From Parasitella parasitica NRRL 2501 (taxonomy: Eukaryota; Fungi; Mucoromycota): 64,000 bases of DNA. The DNA lies in the NCBI GenBank assembly GCA_025201805.1, contig MU619299.1:5604-69603 (forward strand), in the 5' to 3' direction. A model generated the notes under the pieces. The model was not told the origin of the DNA. It was given only the letters and a program-made list of their open reading frames with translations, and searched no databases. This document shows positions 63,339-64,000 of this stretch, in pieces; the first letter of the stretch is position 1; each line of letters opens with the position of its first letter. A program made the position numbers and the translations under genes.

Positions 63339-64000
63339 TCATAAACAAAAAGAAAGAGGCTTTTGAAAAACTAGAAAAAAAAAAAAAAAAGAGTTAAATA
63401 TAAAGCGCTTAATTAAATTCTTCCAAATCTCAAGGGCTACGCAAAACATTGAAGTTGAAGAGTAAAAATTAGGGATGGTCAGTATAATATTGTTTTCACC
63501 AACACAAATTTTATAAATCGATATAAAAAAAATTGCACTCTTTGATATTTGATATTTAATAACTCAATAAATGTATTGTGTCAAATCCTGTACCAGTATT
63601 ATTATTTGGTATGAATACTCAAACAAGTATCGAATGAATATAGAACTCATCCCAAATATCACAATTAATGTGATGGCTCCAAGGTCCGCGCTCTTTAGAT
63701 CCATCACAAATACCAAGGACACTGCTACCGTGGGTAAAGATAAGTCACCGTCCTTTTTTACTTTTTGGTGTCAGAAATTAAATTCAAGTTTTGAAATGTT
63801 TTTTGATTGAAAAAACTTATTAGTGAAATATCAATATAATCGTATAAGATTTGAAGTATACAAAGCTTAACATGTTTATTTTAGTAATATAGCAAAAAAA
63901 AATTAAAATTAATATCTGGTATTGCCACCATTAGCCTCAATAACAGCCTTGCATCGAGAGCTCATACTGTCGACTAAAGTCTCTAAAAATGATGGAGGTA

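Overview
Gene-dense, intron-rich eukaryotic DNA. Short GT-AG introns, long poly(A/T) tracts next to N gaps, retention of Rab2 and PDRG1, and the transposon types point to an early-diverging fungus, probably Mucorales (inference). Reconstructed spliced genes, in order: phospholipase D, PDRG1, TAF6, RAD6, thiolase, Whi2-like, RPS6, OCA1, a cytochrome P450, a Zn2Cys6 factor, RPN8, Rab2, SPO11, EMC3, an aspartic protease, an LDH-like protein, a cAMP phosphodiesterase, malic enzyme, a DUF2408 protein, chitin deacetylase, SSL2/XPB, a C2H2 factor and ESA1. Repeat-rich islands lie at about 16.2-19.7 kb and 45-60.7 kb. The most striking structure is the TFIIH helicase gene SSL2/XPB sitting in a 3.6 kb spacer between two ~2.1 kb near-identical inverted repeats (52234-54341 and 57963-60026). 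These arms belong to an unclassified ~2.8 kb TIR-bearing element with telomere-like repeats, and a diverged third copy lies at 17694-19664. The element is intact only if the XPB segment is flipped, which fits an invertible cassette, a staggered-break inversion or an assembly mis-orientation. Smaller points: an 8-nt tail-to-tail CDS overlap, a required GC-AG intron, a base-paired RPS6 intron, micro-exons, a probable pseudo-LDH and a Rab2 switch-I substitution.
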